The notes: generated from the letters alone by a model not told the origin. Shown: positions 18,864-27,551, numbered from the stretch's first letter. The stretch: 64,000 nucleotides of DNA from Patescibacteria group bacterium (GCA_028866135.1 JAGWIS010000001.1:13357-77356); one strand, 5' to 3'. Numbers and translations: made by a program.

Positions 18864-20570
18864 TCATTTCCTCCTCTTGCGGGAGAGGGCGGCGCGGAGG
18901 AATTCGGTGAAAAGCGGGTGCGGGGAGAGCGGGCGGGCGTTGAATTCGGGATGGAACTGCGTGCCGAGCATGAAGGGATGCCGCTCGCGTGGGAGCTCGG
19001 CTATTTCCATGAGGACGCCGTCGGGGCTCGTGCCCGAGAAGACGAGACCTCCGTCCTCGAGCTGCTTCACGTATTTCGAATTGATCTCATAGCGATGGCG
19101 GTGGCGCTCCTCGACGAGCTCTTTCTTATACGCAGCGCGGGCGAGCGTGCCTTTTTTCAGGTACGCGGGGTAGACGCCGAGGCGCATCGTGCCGCCGTAT
19201 TTATTGTCGGAAAGATGCTTCTTCTGCTCGAGCATCACGTCGACGACCGGGTGCTCAGCGGCCTTCTTGATCTCAGTCGTGTTCGCACCCGCGAGCCCGA
19301 GCACGTGGCGCGCGTATTCGATCACCATGAGCTGCATGCCGTAGCAGAGGCCGAAGTACGGGATCTTCTTCTCGCGCGCGAATCGTATCGCCTTGATCTT
19401 CCCCTCGATACCGCTTTCGCCGAACCCGCCGGGTACGATGATGCCGTCGTATTTCGCAAGCATATCAACGGACTCCCCCCTAGACCGGCCGCTACGGCCG
19501 GTCGGGCGAACATCGCTTCGCGATGTTTTAGCCTTCTCGAGGTCTTTCGAGTTCACCCAGGTGATCTTCGCGCGGCGACCGAGCTTTGCCGCTGAAAACT
19601 TAATCGCCTCGATGACCGAGAGGTACGCGTCGGAAAGCACGAAACTGCCCGTATCGAAATATTTCCCGACGATGGCGATCGAAACCTCCGGCGCCTTGGC
19701 ATTCATCGCCGCAAGCGCGAACTTCTTCCACGCGGCAAGCGACGCCCGCTTCTTCTCCGGCAGCCGGAGCGCGTCGAGCACCGCGTCGCCGAGCTTGTCC
19801 TTCTCGAAATTGAGCGGGGCTTCGTAGATGCTCGTGATGTCGGGAGCGGCGATGATGCGGTCCTTGCGTACATTGCACCAGATCGCGAGCTTCTCCTTGC
19901 GCTTCTCGTCGACCGGCTCTTTCGACCGCGCAACGATAAAGTCCGGCTGCACGCCGTAGGAATTCAAATCGCGTACGGCCATCTGAGTCGGTTTCGTCTT
20001 CATCTCGCCGAGGGTCCCGGGCGTCGGCAAGTACGAGACCATGACGAAAAGCACGTCCTCCGGATGCTGCATCTTCAAGACACGCGCCGCCTCGATGAAA
20101 AGCGCATTCTGAAAATCGCCGATGGTGCCGCCAATTTCGATGACGGAGATGCGGCTGCCGTTATAGGAGGACGCGGCTTCGATGCGTGCGAGGATCTCGT
20201 CGCGCACGTGCGGGACGGCCTCAACGCACTTGCCGCCGTAGCCGAGCGCGCGTTCGCGCTCGATGACCGACTGATAGACCATGCCGCTCGTCATGTAATC
20301 CTCGTTTGTGAGATCCCGACCGAGGAACCGCTCGTAATTCCCCATGTCCTGGTCGGTCTCGAGTCCGCTCCGAAGCACGAACACCTCGCCGTGCTCGGTC
20401 GGATTCATCGTCCCCGCATCGACGTTCAGATAGGGATCAATCTTCACCAGATTCACCGGATACCCTTTTTGCTGGAGAAGGAGGCCGAGCGAGCTCGCGA
20501 CGACGCCCTTGCCGACGCCGCTCATGACCCCGCCGAGAACGAATATGTATTTGTGTCCCTCTTTCGCCAT
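18864..20570 (-). CDS. pyrG: CTP synthase.
   Basis: 568 aa with an N-terminal synthetase domain (VLGGVMSGVGKG) and a C-terminal glutamine amidotransferase domain (GLCYGMQ). Confidence 0.9.
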   Translation of the reverse strand: MAKEGHKYIFVLGGVMSGVGKGVVASSLGLLLQQKGYPVNLVKIDPYLNVDAGTMNPTEHGEVFVLRSGLETDQDMGNYERFLGRDLTNEDYMTSGMVYQSVIERERALGYGGKCVEAVPHVRDEILARIEAASSYNGSRISVIEIGGTIGDFQNALFIEAARVLKMQHPEDVLFVMVSYLPTPGTLGEMKTKPTQMAVRDLNSYGVQPDFIVARSKEPVDEKRKEKLAIWCNVRKDRIIAAPDITSIYEAPLNFEKDKLGDAVLDALRLPEKKRASLAAWKKFALAAMNAKAPEVSIAIVGKYFDTGSFVLSDAYLSVIEAIKFSAAKLGRRAKITWVNSKDLEKAKTSRSDVRPTGRSGRSRGESVDMLAKYDGIIVPGGFGESGIEGKIKAIRFAREKKIPYFGLCYGMQLMVIEYARHVLGLAGANTTEIKKAAEHPVVDVMLEQKKHLSDNKYGGTMRLGVYPAYLKKGTLARAAYKKELVEERHRHRYEINSKYVKQLEDGGLVFSGTSPDGVLMEIAELPRERHPFMLGTQFHPEFNARPLSPHPLFTEFLRAALSRKRRK

Positions 20571-20701
20571 ATCCTGTAGTGAAAAATGGCATCGCTAACG
20601 CGACGCGCATCCATTATTTTTAATAAACGCTCCGACGGCAAGTACGTCGCTTTGAGAAGGCGCTTTGGTATTCCAATGCCATTTTCTACTACGGGACATA
20701 C

Positions 20702-21628
20702 CTAGATCTTCAGATATTTGCGGATAGCGAGCACCGAGGCGACCGCGCCGAGCACGATGCCCGAAAGCGTGAGTATGGAAAAGACGAGCGCGAAGTGGTC
20801 GGCATAGTAGCTTGCGATGCTGAATCCGCCGAACCACCCCTCCGTCTTCGTCCCCGCATACCAAGCCGCGGGCCACAGGAGAATGAGGACCGCGGCGGCC
20901 GCGATGACGCCCGTGATGACGCCGGTCACCACGAAGGGCCCCTGGATGTAGATGTTGCTCGCGCCCACGAGCCGCATAACCGAGATCTCCTCCTTGGCGG
21001 TGTAGATGGCGAGGCGGACGGTCGCGAACGCGATGAGGATCGAGGCGATGGCGAAAAGCGCGATGACCGCGAAGCCAATGGAGCGCGTCGCTTGTATCGC
21101 GAGCGCGAGGCGGTCGATGATCTCCTTGTTCTGCGCGTAGTTGACGCGATCGACGATGGACGTGCCGTCTGAGGAAAGCGCCGGAGACGCTTCGAGGAAG
21201 CTCACGATGCTCTCGTACTGGGTCGGGTCTTTCGCCTGCACCTCAAGCGACGCGTCGAGCGGATTGCCGCCGAGCTCGTTCAGCGCCTGGAGCGTGAGCT
21301 GGTCGTTTGCGTGCCGCGCGCGGAAGGCCGTGAGCGCGTCGGCAGCCGAGGTGTAGGAAACGGTTGCCACCTGCGGCAGCTTCTCGAGCTGATCCTTCAC
21401 CGCGAGGATGTCGGATTCGCTCGCGCTTGTGACGAAGTACACGGACACGTCGACTTTCTGCGTGATCGTCGTGAGCGTGTAGGACAGGAGCGCCGAGAGG
21501 AAAATAAGGGAGGCGATGATCCCGAGCGTGACGGTCATGATGAGCACGGTCGCCGCGGAGACCGCGCCGCCGCGGGCGAAATTCTTTCCGCCGGCGACGA
21601 GCATGCGCTTCGTGACCATCCAGTTCAT
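20702..21628 (-). CDS. ftsX: Cell-division ABC permease FtsX.
   Basis: It lies downstream of ftsE. It has a periplasmic loop and 4 TM helices in FtsX topology. The start is chosen at MNWMV; the ORF track extends to 21694. Confidence 0.75.
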   Translation of the reverse strand: MNWMVTKRMLVAGGKNFARGGAVSAATVLIMTVTLGIIASLIFLSALLSYTLTTITQKVDVSVYFVTSASESDILAVKDQLEKLPQVATVSYTSAADALTAFRARHANDQLTLQALNELGGNPLDASLEVQAKDPTQYESIVSFLEASPALSSDGTSIVDRVNYAQNKEIIDRLALAIQATRSIGFAVIALFAIASILIAFATVRLAIYTAKEEISVMRLVGASNIYIQGPFVVTGVITGVIAAAAVLILLWPAAWYAGTKTEGWFGGFSIASYYADHFALVFSILTLSGIVLGAVASVLAIRKYLKI

Positions 21629-21665
21629 AATGGGTTCAGTATACCAGCCGCGCTCCGGAGCGTTC

Positions 21666-22343
21666 TCATAGCGAGTACTTCCCTCCCGCGTCATCCCGGA
21701 CCACCTTTCCGCGGTCGACGGTGATCACGCGCTTGCCGATGGCGTCGACGACGCCCTTGTTGTGCGTCGTGATGATGATGGTCGTGCCGAGCTCGTTGAT
21801 TTTTTTCAAGATTTCGACGACTTCGTACGTATTGATAGGGTCGAGATTCCCCGTCGGCTCGTCGGCGACGATGAGATCCGGCTGATTGATGATCGCGCGG
21901 CCGATGGCAATGCGCTGTTTCTCGCCGCCCGAGAGCTGGTCAGGAAAATGGGCCGCTTTGTCGGAAAGGTTTACGAGCTCGAGGATGTAGGGCACGTCGG
22001 TCGCAATCTCTTCGTCGGAGCGGCCCGCCGCTTCCATCGCGAACGCGATGTTTTCATACGCGGTTTTGTTTGGAATGAGCCGGAAATCCTGGAACACCAT
22101 ACCGATCTTGCGGCGGTAGTGGTGGAGCGCGGAGCTCGGCAGATCGTTCACGTCGATCGATTCGAAAAAGACGTTCCCGTCGGTCGGCCGTTCTTCGGCA
22201 AGGAGGAGTTTGAGGAGCGTCGTCTTTCCGGCGCCCGAGTGGCCGACGATGGAGACGAATTCTTTGGGGGCGACGGAGATGGTGACCCCTTCGAGCGCCG
22301 CCGTATCCCCGTATCGTTTCGTCACCTTGTCGAAATAAATCAT
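21666..22343 (-). CDS. ftsE: Cell-division ATP-binding protein FtsE.
   Basis: It has Walker A GHSGAGKTT, signature LSGGEKQRI and Walker [11 protein letters not shown], and is paired with ftsX. Confidence 0.85.
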   Translation of the reverse strand: MIYFDKVTKRYGDTAALEGVTISVAPKEFVSIVGHSGAGKTTLLKLLLAEERPTDGNVFFESIDVNDLPSSALHHYRRKIGMVFQDFRLIPNKTAYENIAFAMEAAGRSDEEIATDVPYILELVNLSDKAAHFPDQLSGGEKQRIAIGRAIINQPDLIVADEPTGNLDPINTYEVVEILKKINELGTTIIITTHNKGVVDAIGKRVITVDRGKVVRDDAGGKYSL

Positions 22344-22353
22344 GCGTCGGTTT

Positions 22354-23265
22354 CTATTTTATCCTACCTTCAGCGGCTTGCCCAGCACCAACATTCTGAT
22401 TTTGGTGCTGGGCGTCTATGAACTCGTCGAGGTCGCCTTCAAGGACGCGGTCGGGATTTGAGGATTCATGGCCCGTGCGGTGATCTTTGACCATTTTGTA
22501 CGGGTGGAGGACGTAGGAGCGGATCTGGCTCCCCCACTCGTTTGCGGTCGTGGCGGCGATGGAGCGGCCTTTCGCTGCGGCCTCGCGCTCAGCTTCTTCT
22601 TTAGCGAAAATCTTTGCCTTGAGGAGCTCAAGCGCCTTCTCGCGATTGGCGAGCTGGCTGCGCTCGCTTGAGATATGCACGGAAAGATTCGTCGGTTTGT
22701 GGAGGATGCGCACGGCCGTCTCGCGCTTGTTGACGTTTTGCCCGCCCGCGCCTCCGGCGCGGGCGAATTGTATCTCAAGATCCTCCGGCTTGAGCTCGAC
22801 CTTGTCGGCCGCGACCAGGACCGGGAGCACCTCGACGAGCGCGAAGCTCGTCTGCCGCTTCGCATTCGCATTAAAGGGCGATTGGCGCACAAGCCGGTGC
22901 ACCCCGGCTTCGTGCTTGAGGCGCCCGTAGGCACCCGCGCCGATTATTTCAAGCATGAGATTTCGGTAGCCGCCATGATCGTTCTCATTCGCGTGGAGCT
23001 CGCGCACGCCCCAGCCTTTTACGGCGGCATAGCCCTCATACATGCGCCGGAGCATGCGTGCAAAATCTTCCGCGTCGTCCCCGCCCGCGCCCGCGAGAAT
23101 CGCAAGAGTCGCGTTCCCTCTATCGTGCGGATCGCCCCCGCCGCCATCCTTGAGCGCCTGGTATTCCGCAACGAGTTGCTGCGCCTGACCTTTGTCGAGC
23201 CAGAAATCAGGCGATGCCATCATCGCCTCAAGTTCTTCCAAACGTTTCTTCCCTTTCTCGTCCAT
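22354..23265 (-). CDS. prfB: Peptide chain release factor 2.
   Basis: It has the GGQ motif ([10 protein letters not shown]) and the RF2-specific SPF tripeptide (RQSPFNA). The ORF is uninterrupted, so there is no programmed frameshift. Confidence 0.85.
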   Translation of the reverse strand: MDEKGKKRLEELEAMMASPDFWLDKGQAQQLVAEYQALKDGGGGDPHDRGNATLAILAGAGGDDAEDFARMLRRMYEGYAAVKGWGVRELHANENDHGGYRNLMLEIIGAGAYGRLKHEAGVHRLVRQSPFNANAKRQTSFALVEVLPVLVAADKVELKPEDLEIQFARAGGAGGQNVNKRETAVRILHKPTNLSVHISSERSQLANREKALELLKAKIFAKEEAEREAAAKGRSIAATTANEWGSQIRSYVLHPYKMVKDHRTGHESSNPDRVLEGDLDEFIDAQHQNQNVGAGQAAEGRIK

Positions 23266-23282
23266 ACGGGCGAGTATAGCAA

Positions 23283-23310
23283 AGCGCGCGGCCCTCTCGG
23301 ATCGCGCGCT
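23283..23310 (-). terminator. GC-rich hairpin with a weak U-tract between tRNA-Thr and prfB (possible terminator or processing site).
   Basis: The stem AGCGCGCG/CGCGCGCT has a 12-nt loop. On the minus strand it is followed by UUUGCUAU. Confidence 0.25.
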
Positions 23311-23316
23311 ACTTTG

Positions 23317-23389
23317 AGCCGCCCCGGAGGATCGAACTCCGGACCTTCGCGTTACGAATGCGATGCTCTACCAACTGAGCTAGGGCGGC
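23317..23389 (-). tRNA. tRNA-Thr (anticodon CGU), no CCA encoded.
   Basis: Fold: acceptor GCCGCCC/GGGCGGC, D arm GCTC-AGTTGGTA-GAGC, anticodon loop TTCGTAA, T arm CGGAG-TTCGATC-CTCCG, discriminator U. There is one A-C mismatch at 31:39. Confidence 0.75.
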
Positions 23390-23436
23390 AGACCGTGGAA
23401 ATATAGCACAATTTTATTTTTTACGGATTGAGCCGT

Positions 23437-23874
23437 TCATTGCAGCTTTCGAGCTGTGGTTACCCTCTTGCTCACCGCCCTGCCCTTTCTTCCCCTACCT
23501 CTATTGAGTCCTGCATACGTCGGCCCGAGCGCATCGCAATTCGGACAAACAAGACGAAGATTTTCTTCGCGGTTATTCTGCCAATTGCCGTCGATGTGAT
23601 CCGCCACGAGCGGCACCTTGCCGGTTTTCGGGTTCACCTTTGACCATCCGCACAAGCAGCATTTGTTGTCATATTTTTCACGCAAATATCTCTTTACGGA
23701 ATCCGCCACCAAACCGATCGAATTAAGTCCTTTTATGTCTCCCCGTTTCCAGCGCTCGATATAGATCCGGTATTGAAATTCATGCTGGCACGCATTGCTA
23801 CAGTATTTATAAAATGAGCGTGCAGGCTCTTTGCCACACACGGGACAGGGCACGCGCGGTTTCTTCGGATTCAT
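23437..23874 (-). CDS. HNH endonuclease with an N-terminal zinc ribbon.
   Basis: It has CPVCG...C..C followed by LVADHIDGNWQNNREENLRLVCPNCD, the HNH/His-Me finger. The start is taken at MNPKK. Confidence 0.7.
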   Translation of the reverse strand: MNPKKPRVPCPVCGKEPARSFYKYCSNACQHEFQYRIYIERWKRGDIKGLNSIGLVADSVKRYLREKYDNKCCLCGWSKVNPKTGKVPLVADHIDGNWQNNREENLRLVCPNCDALGPTYAGLNRGRGRKGRAVSKRVTTARKLQ

Positions 23875-24018
23875 GCGCCTATCGTAACGCAAATGTAGAC
23901 CAATCAAAAATCCTGTCTTGGTCGTTTTGTTGAAAAACTCTGGAGCCGAGAGTCGGGATTGAATCCCAGTAGGAAACCATCGGAATGGTGCCTACGGGAC
24001 AGGCCGACGAACCTTTTG

Positions 24019-24090
24019 AGCCGGAGGTGGGAATCGGACCCACGATCTTCGCCTTACCATGGCGACGTTCTACCACTGAACTACTCCGGC
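24019..24090 (-). tRNA. tRNA-Thr (anticodon GGU), no CCA encoded.
   Basis: Fold: acceptor GCCGGAG/CTCCGGC, D arm GTTC-AGTGGTA-GAAC, anticodon arm TCGCC-ATGGTAA-GGCGA, T arm GTGGG-TCCGATT-CCCAC (unusual TCC rather than TTC), discriminator U. Confidence 0.7.
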
Positions 24091-24103
24091 CATGGACGTA
24101 CTC

Positions 24104-24195
24104 TACTGCCAAGCGAGCCGAATCAAAAAGGAATGCAGTTCCATTTTGTGAGGCAAGCGACGGCAGAAAGCTTTGCTTACTGCCAAGCGAGCCGA
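24104..24195. repeat. 18-nt perfect direct repeat tactgccaagcgagccga in two copies (24104-24121 and 24178-24195).
   Basis: Seen directly in the sequence, 74 nt apart, between tRNA-Thr(GGU) and a tRNA-like 5' fragment. Its reverse complement contains TCGGC, which could pair with the GCCGA acceptor strand of the fragment. Confidence 0.6.
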
Positions 24196-24244
24196 GCGAC
24201 ATGCGGATGTCCTCATACGCATGTCCGAGGCAAGCGCGGGCAGG

Positions 24245-24283
24245 AAGCGTGCAAGAAACGCTTACCAACTGAGCTATCTCGGC
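24245..24283 (-). pseudogene. tRNA-like 5' fragment (acceptor strand and D arm only).
   Basis: The minus strand reads GCCGAGA-TA-GCTCAGTTGGTAAGC, a canonical tRNA 5' end. No T arm or standard anticodon arm follows, only an 8-bp hairpin GACATGCG...CGCATGTC. Confidence 0.35.
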
Positions 24284-24352
24284 TTCGCGCACCTGTGCAT
24301 ACTAACGGAGTTCTTTCATTCTTTCAATTTCCGTGATGTTTCCGGATGCCCT

Positions 24353-24646
24353 TCAGTACAGCAGGATGCCTACAACGATGACGATGTCGAAGAGTGCGAT
24401 GAATGCGTTCGCGAAGAAAAGCTGCTTGTCTTTGTGCACGGCGCCGTAAAACGCCCAGAGCATGTTGAAAACTGTAAGAAGAGTCCAGGTGAGGAGCGAA
24501 ACGCCCGCTCCGCTTTTCGTGCCGTAGATCTGGAGTATCTGTGGCACAAGCGCGACGGGCGCAAGGATGCCGACGCCGTACATGAGGTAATCGAGAAAAC
24601 GCTTCCACGCGCCCTCAGCAGGAAACGGTTCGAGGCCTTGCGTCAT
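24353..24646 (-). CDS. SemiSWEET (bacterial PQ-loop / MtN3-like 3-TM sugar transporter).
   Basis: 97 aa with 3 TM helices and the PQ motif (LVPQILQIY) followed by a conserved S...W. Confidence 0.55.
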   Translation of the reverse strand: MTQGLEPFPAEGAWKRFLDYLMYGVGILAPVALVPQILQIYGTKSGAGVSLLTWTLLTVFNMLWAFYGAVHKDKQLFFANAFIALFDIVIVVGILLY

Positions 24647-24728
24647 GAGCGCGCGCTTTCGCAGGTGATGGAAGCCGTGCATAGCGCGTATGATAGCCCG
24701 CGCACGCGCGCTATACTAGGCGCATCGT

Positions 24729-25085
24729 ATGGAAAACCTCGCGCACTACGCGAAAGAAGAGCGTCCGTGGGGCAACTTCGAGCGCTTCACGCTGAACGAA
24801 AAGACGACGGTGAAGATCATCGCCGTGAATGCCGGCGAGAGCATCAGCCTGCAGACGCACGAACATCGCGACGAATTCTGGCGCGTCATCAAAGGCTCGG
24901 GCACGATTCGCATCGCCGACAAAGAACATTCGGCGCGCGAAGGAGATCAGTTCTTCAGCCCGCGTCACGCGGAGCACCGCATCACGGGCGGACCCGAAGG
25001 GCTCGTCTGCCTTGAAATAGCCTTCGGCGACTTCGACGAAGGCGACATCAAGCGCCTCGAAGACCGCTACGGCCGCGCGTCATGA
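24729..25085 (+). CDS. Cupin-domain protein (type II phosphomannose isomerase C-terminal-like).
   Basis: It has the cupin motifs ISLQTHEHRDEFWRV...G and H in a second block, and is 118 aa. Confidence 0.5.
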   Translation: MENLAHYAKEERPWGNFERFTLNEKTTVKIIAVNAGESISLQTHEHRDEFWRVIKGSGTIRIADKEHSAREGDQFFSPRHAEHRITGGPEGLVCLEIAFGDFDEGDIKRLEDRYGRAS

Positions 25086-25843
25086 GCGAGGACGACGGGA
25101 ACGACGAGAGCCTTTCCCGCTCCCTCAACGATCCCGCGCTCCGCGCCGCCTACGCGAAGCCCTTCGACGGGCACCGCTGCGTGTTCATCGCCCGGCTTCT
25201 CGGATCGCTTCTCATCCATTCAGGGACGTTCGTTTACGGCCGCAAGCCTTCGTACGCGAAACTGAAAGCGATCGAAGTCATCGCCCGCATCCCCTACCAG
25301 TCGTGGGAGGTCGCGGCGTATACCATCCTCACCGCCCTGTACTCGGACGAACGCCGGGCGATCGAGCTCGCCAAGCTGAATGCCTTCAGTCGCGTGGCGC
25401 AGGACAACGAGACGATGCACGTCGTGGTCATCTCGCAGATCGTAGAGCGCCTCGGCTGCCAGGGATTCTTCCGCCACACGTTCATTCCGTTTCTCTTCTC
25501 GTTCTTCTATTTCTGGATGCTCTACTTTCTCTTTATCCTCTCTCCGCGTTCCGCGCTCGATCTCAACTACCTCTTCGAATCGCACGCATGCGCGCAATAC
25601 CAGGAATTTCTCGATACGGAAGGCGACCGCCTGCGGAAGACCCCGATCGCGTCGGCATTCCTCTCCTTCTACGGGAGGAACGTCAGGAACGAATACGAAT
25701 TATTCGAACTCATCCGGAACGACGAACTCATCCACCGGAACCGATCGGTGAGCGTGCTGAAATCGACTCGGAAACAAGAACGAACGGGGCGAGATGGAGT
25801 TCCTGGCGCTCAATTCCCCTCCGGGGTCGAGGAAGCCGCTTGA
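25082..25843 (+). CDS. Alternative-oxidase-like di-iron carboxylate protein (AOX/PTOX family).
   Basis: Four helix motifs resemble AOX iron ligands: IPYQSWE, DNETMH, LFESHA and IRNDELIHRN, compared with LET, NERMHL, LEEEA and RADEAHHR. Confidence 0.5.
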   Translation: MSEDDGNDESLSRSLNDPALRAAYAKPFDGHRCVFIARLLGSLLIHSGTFVYGRKPSYAKLKAIEVIARIPYQSWEVAAYTILTALYSDERRAIELAKLNAFSRVAQDNETMHVVVISQIVERLGCQGFFRHTFIPFLFSFFYFWMLYFLFILSPRSALDLNYLFESHACAQYQEFLDTEGDRLRKTPIASAFLSFYGRNVRNEYELFELIRNDELIHRNRSVSVLKSTRKQERTGRDGVPGAQFPSGVEEAA

Positions 25844-26469
25844 TCGCCGGAACTTGATTCGTGCATGGACGCGGAAGAGCTCGCTGAAGTCTCCGTGCTA
25901 CCCGCGCCGCCGCCCTCGCATTCCACTTCCATCTCGTTATCCATCTCCGAGCGCGTGCGTGGGCCCACAATGCCAAATCCGGTCGTTTCCGGAGTACCCG
26001 TAGACACGACGTTGTGAGCCGCTTGCCAACGCCGAACGGCTTCCTCGGTCATGGAGCCGAAATACCCCGTAACGGCCCCTTCGGGATAAATATTTCTGTC
26101 CTTCCCGAGGAAGGCTTGCAGCCGCGATACGTCGTCGCCCGTGGAGCCAGCCTGGAGATTCCCGGCCGAGAGTACGGGACATCCGCTGCCGTTCGCGGAT
26201 TGCGCCGATTCTCCAACAGAACTCGACAATCCGCTCGAGACTTGCGTCGAGGTCGCCGAAGCCGTGGTGCCCTCGAGCGCGACCTGCACGTTCGCAATCG
26301 TCGCCGGATCGGCGCCAAAAGCTTGTAAGAGATTGGTGACCGCGTCTATCTGAGCGGCAGTGAGGGAAGCCGCCATGACAGGCGGCGCCGCAGCAAAAAG
26401 GGACGCGGCGAGGGCGGCGCCGATTGTTACGGAAACAAAACGAGAATTTGCGTATGTATTCATATCCAT
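25810..26469 (-). CDS. Secreted protein with a peptidoglycan-binding (PG_binding_1) domain.
   Basis: It has a signal peptide and DVSRLQAFLGKDRNIYPEGAVTGYFGSMTEEAVRRWQ. Ser/Thr-rich linkers flank the domain. Confidence 0.55.
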   Translation of the reverse strand: MDMNTYANSRFVSVTIGAALAASLFAAAPPVMAASLTAAQIDAVTNLLQAFGADPATIANVQVALEGTTASATSTQVSSGLSSSVGESAQSANGSGCPVLSAGNLQAGSTGDDVSRLQAFLGKDRNIYPEGAVTGYFGSMTEEAVRRWQAAHNVVSTGTPETTGFGIVGPRTRSEMDNEMEVECEGGGAGSTETSASSSASMHESSSGDQAASSTPEGN

Positions 26470-26786
26470 AAAACGCCGGGGGAGTGGGTATTAGATAGTA
26501 ACTCGCGTACAGGGCAATGCTAGCACGAGCCAGAACCACAGAATTCACCGTGAGGAGGCTGTGTGGATAAAACGGAAAGACGATTCGTCTTTTTCATTAT
26601 GATGCACGTGGTGCGCGAGAGACGGGACTCTTTCCCTCGACTCTCGCTTCGCCGCCGCTCAGCTCGGTCTGGGCACAGCCTCGCGGCGATCACTGCCGTC
26701 CGCACATCGCTCCGGCATTCAACTCGCAAAGCTTCGCTTCGCGCTCTCGCGCAAAACACAAAGCCCCTTGCGGGGCATGTGTTTTG

Positions 26787-27071
26787 CGCGAGAGACGGGA
26801 CTTGAACCCGCAACCTCCGCCGTGCACGTTTCCACTGCTTTCGAAGTGGCGTGGACTATATCTTCACCATGGGTATTCCGTTAGGTGTTCCGGTATCTAG
26901 TCTCTACGGCGCCCCGCCACACTTTTGCGGTGTGGCGGGTTCCCTCGGTATTCGCATATTCGCCTACGGCGAACGTAGCCTCCACCGATATCCCAGAAAG
27001 TTTCAATCCCGATTTCTCGAGAAAGCTGCACGTCTACAGGGCGGCGCTCTAACCAGTTGAGCTACTCCCGC
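26787..27071 (-). tRNA. tRNA-Asp (anticodon GUC) interrupted by a group I intron, 285 nt in total.
   Basis: 5' exon 27071-27036 is GCGGGAG-TA-GCTC-AACTGGTTA-GAGC-G-CCGCC-CUGU. 3' exon 26824-26787 is CAC-GGCGG-AGGTT-GCGGG-TTCAAGT-CCCGT-CTCTCGC-G. The joined anticodon loop CUGUCAC and the T arm match E. coli tRNA-Asp, and the discriminator is G. Confidence 0.7.
26825..27035 (-). ncRNA. Group I intron (Azoarcus-like, subgroup IC3 type) in the anticodon loop of tRNA-Asp.
   Basis: The minus strand contains GUAGAGACUAGAUACCGG (P7 region; compare Azoarcus GUAGAGACUAGACGGCACC) and GAAGAUAUAGUCC. The intron ends with G. P1 can form between exon CUGU and intron GCAG with a U-G pair at the splice site. 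Confidence 0.7.
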
Positions 27072-27473
27072 ATTCCTAAATCCCGGATCGCATCTTTAAG
27101 CTTGATTCGCTTGCGCGGCAGATGCAACCTCGGAATTTTACCAGTATGATACATAATTCGATGAAGCGCAACGCTGTCGGTATGACTGAAGACCAGCTCA
27201 AAACCCCGAGTCTTTTTCTTTAACGAACCTCCGCGAATACCGCACCTTGTGTGCCCTGCTCTGCCGTTTTCGTTTCTGAATCTTATGCGTGGAGCCAACG
27301 GCGTTTCGGATCATTTCCAGAACGATACGGTCTGTAATGGTGAATTCGATGAAGTGCCCGTCGCGCTTATTGCGAATCATGGAACCATCTGCCGCGAAGA
27401 AACCGAGCACGTATGCCATTTCGGGCGACCATGTCTTGAAGAAATCATGATTCAGGTCTCGGTGCACCGGCAT
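27062..27473 (-). pseudogene. LAGLIDADG homing endonuclease, frameshifted into two ORFs (27198-27473 and 27062-27298).
   Basis: The upstream ORF has the LAGLIDADG motif AYVLGFFAADGSM. Its basic C-terminus breaks into a second frame. Together the two pieces are about 165 aa, typical for single-motif enzymes. Confidence 0.5.
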
Positions 27474-27551
27474 AGGTAAATACTATGATAGGGCATGACT
27501 ACAAGACTCGCGAAGTTGTACGGAAAGAAAATCGAATATTTCTTGTAGATC

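Noticed and set aside
23940-24018. A possible additional tRNA between the HNH gene and tRNA-Thr(GGU), with T-arm-like GGGAUUCAAUCCC and a ...GGCUCCA end.
   Set aside because: No acceptor 5' strand, D arm or anticodon arm can be paired. Only 16 nt separate it from the neighbouring tRNA. It is more consistent with terminator-like hairpins (CUCUCGGCUCCAGAG plus UUUUU) or a tRNA fragment.
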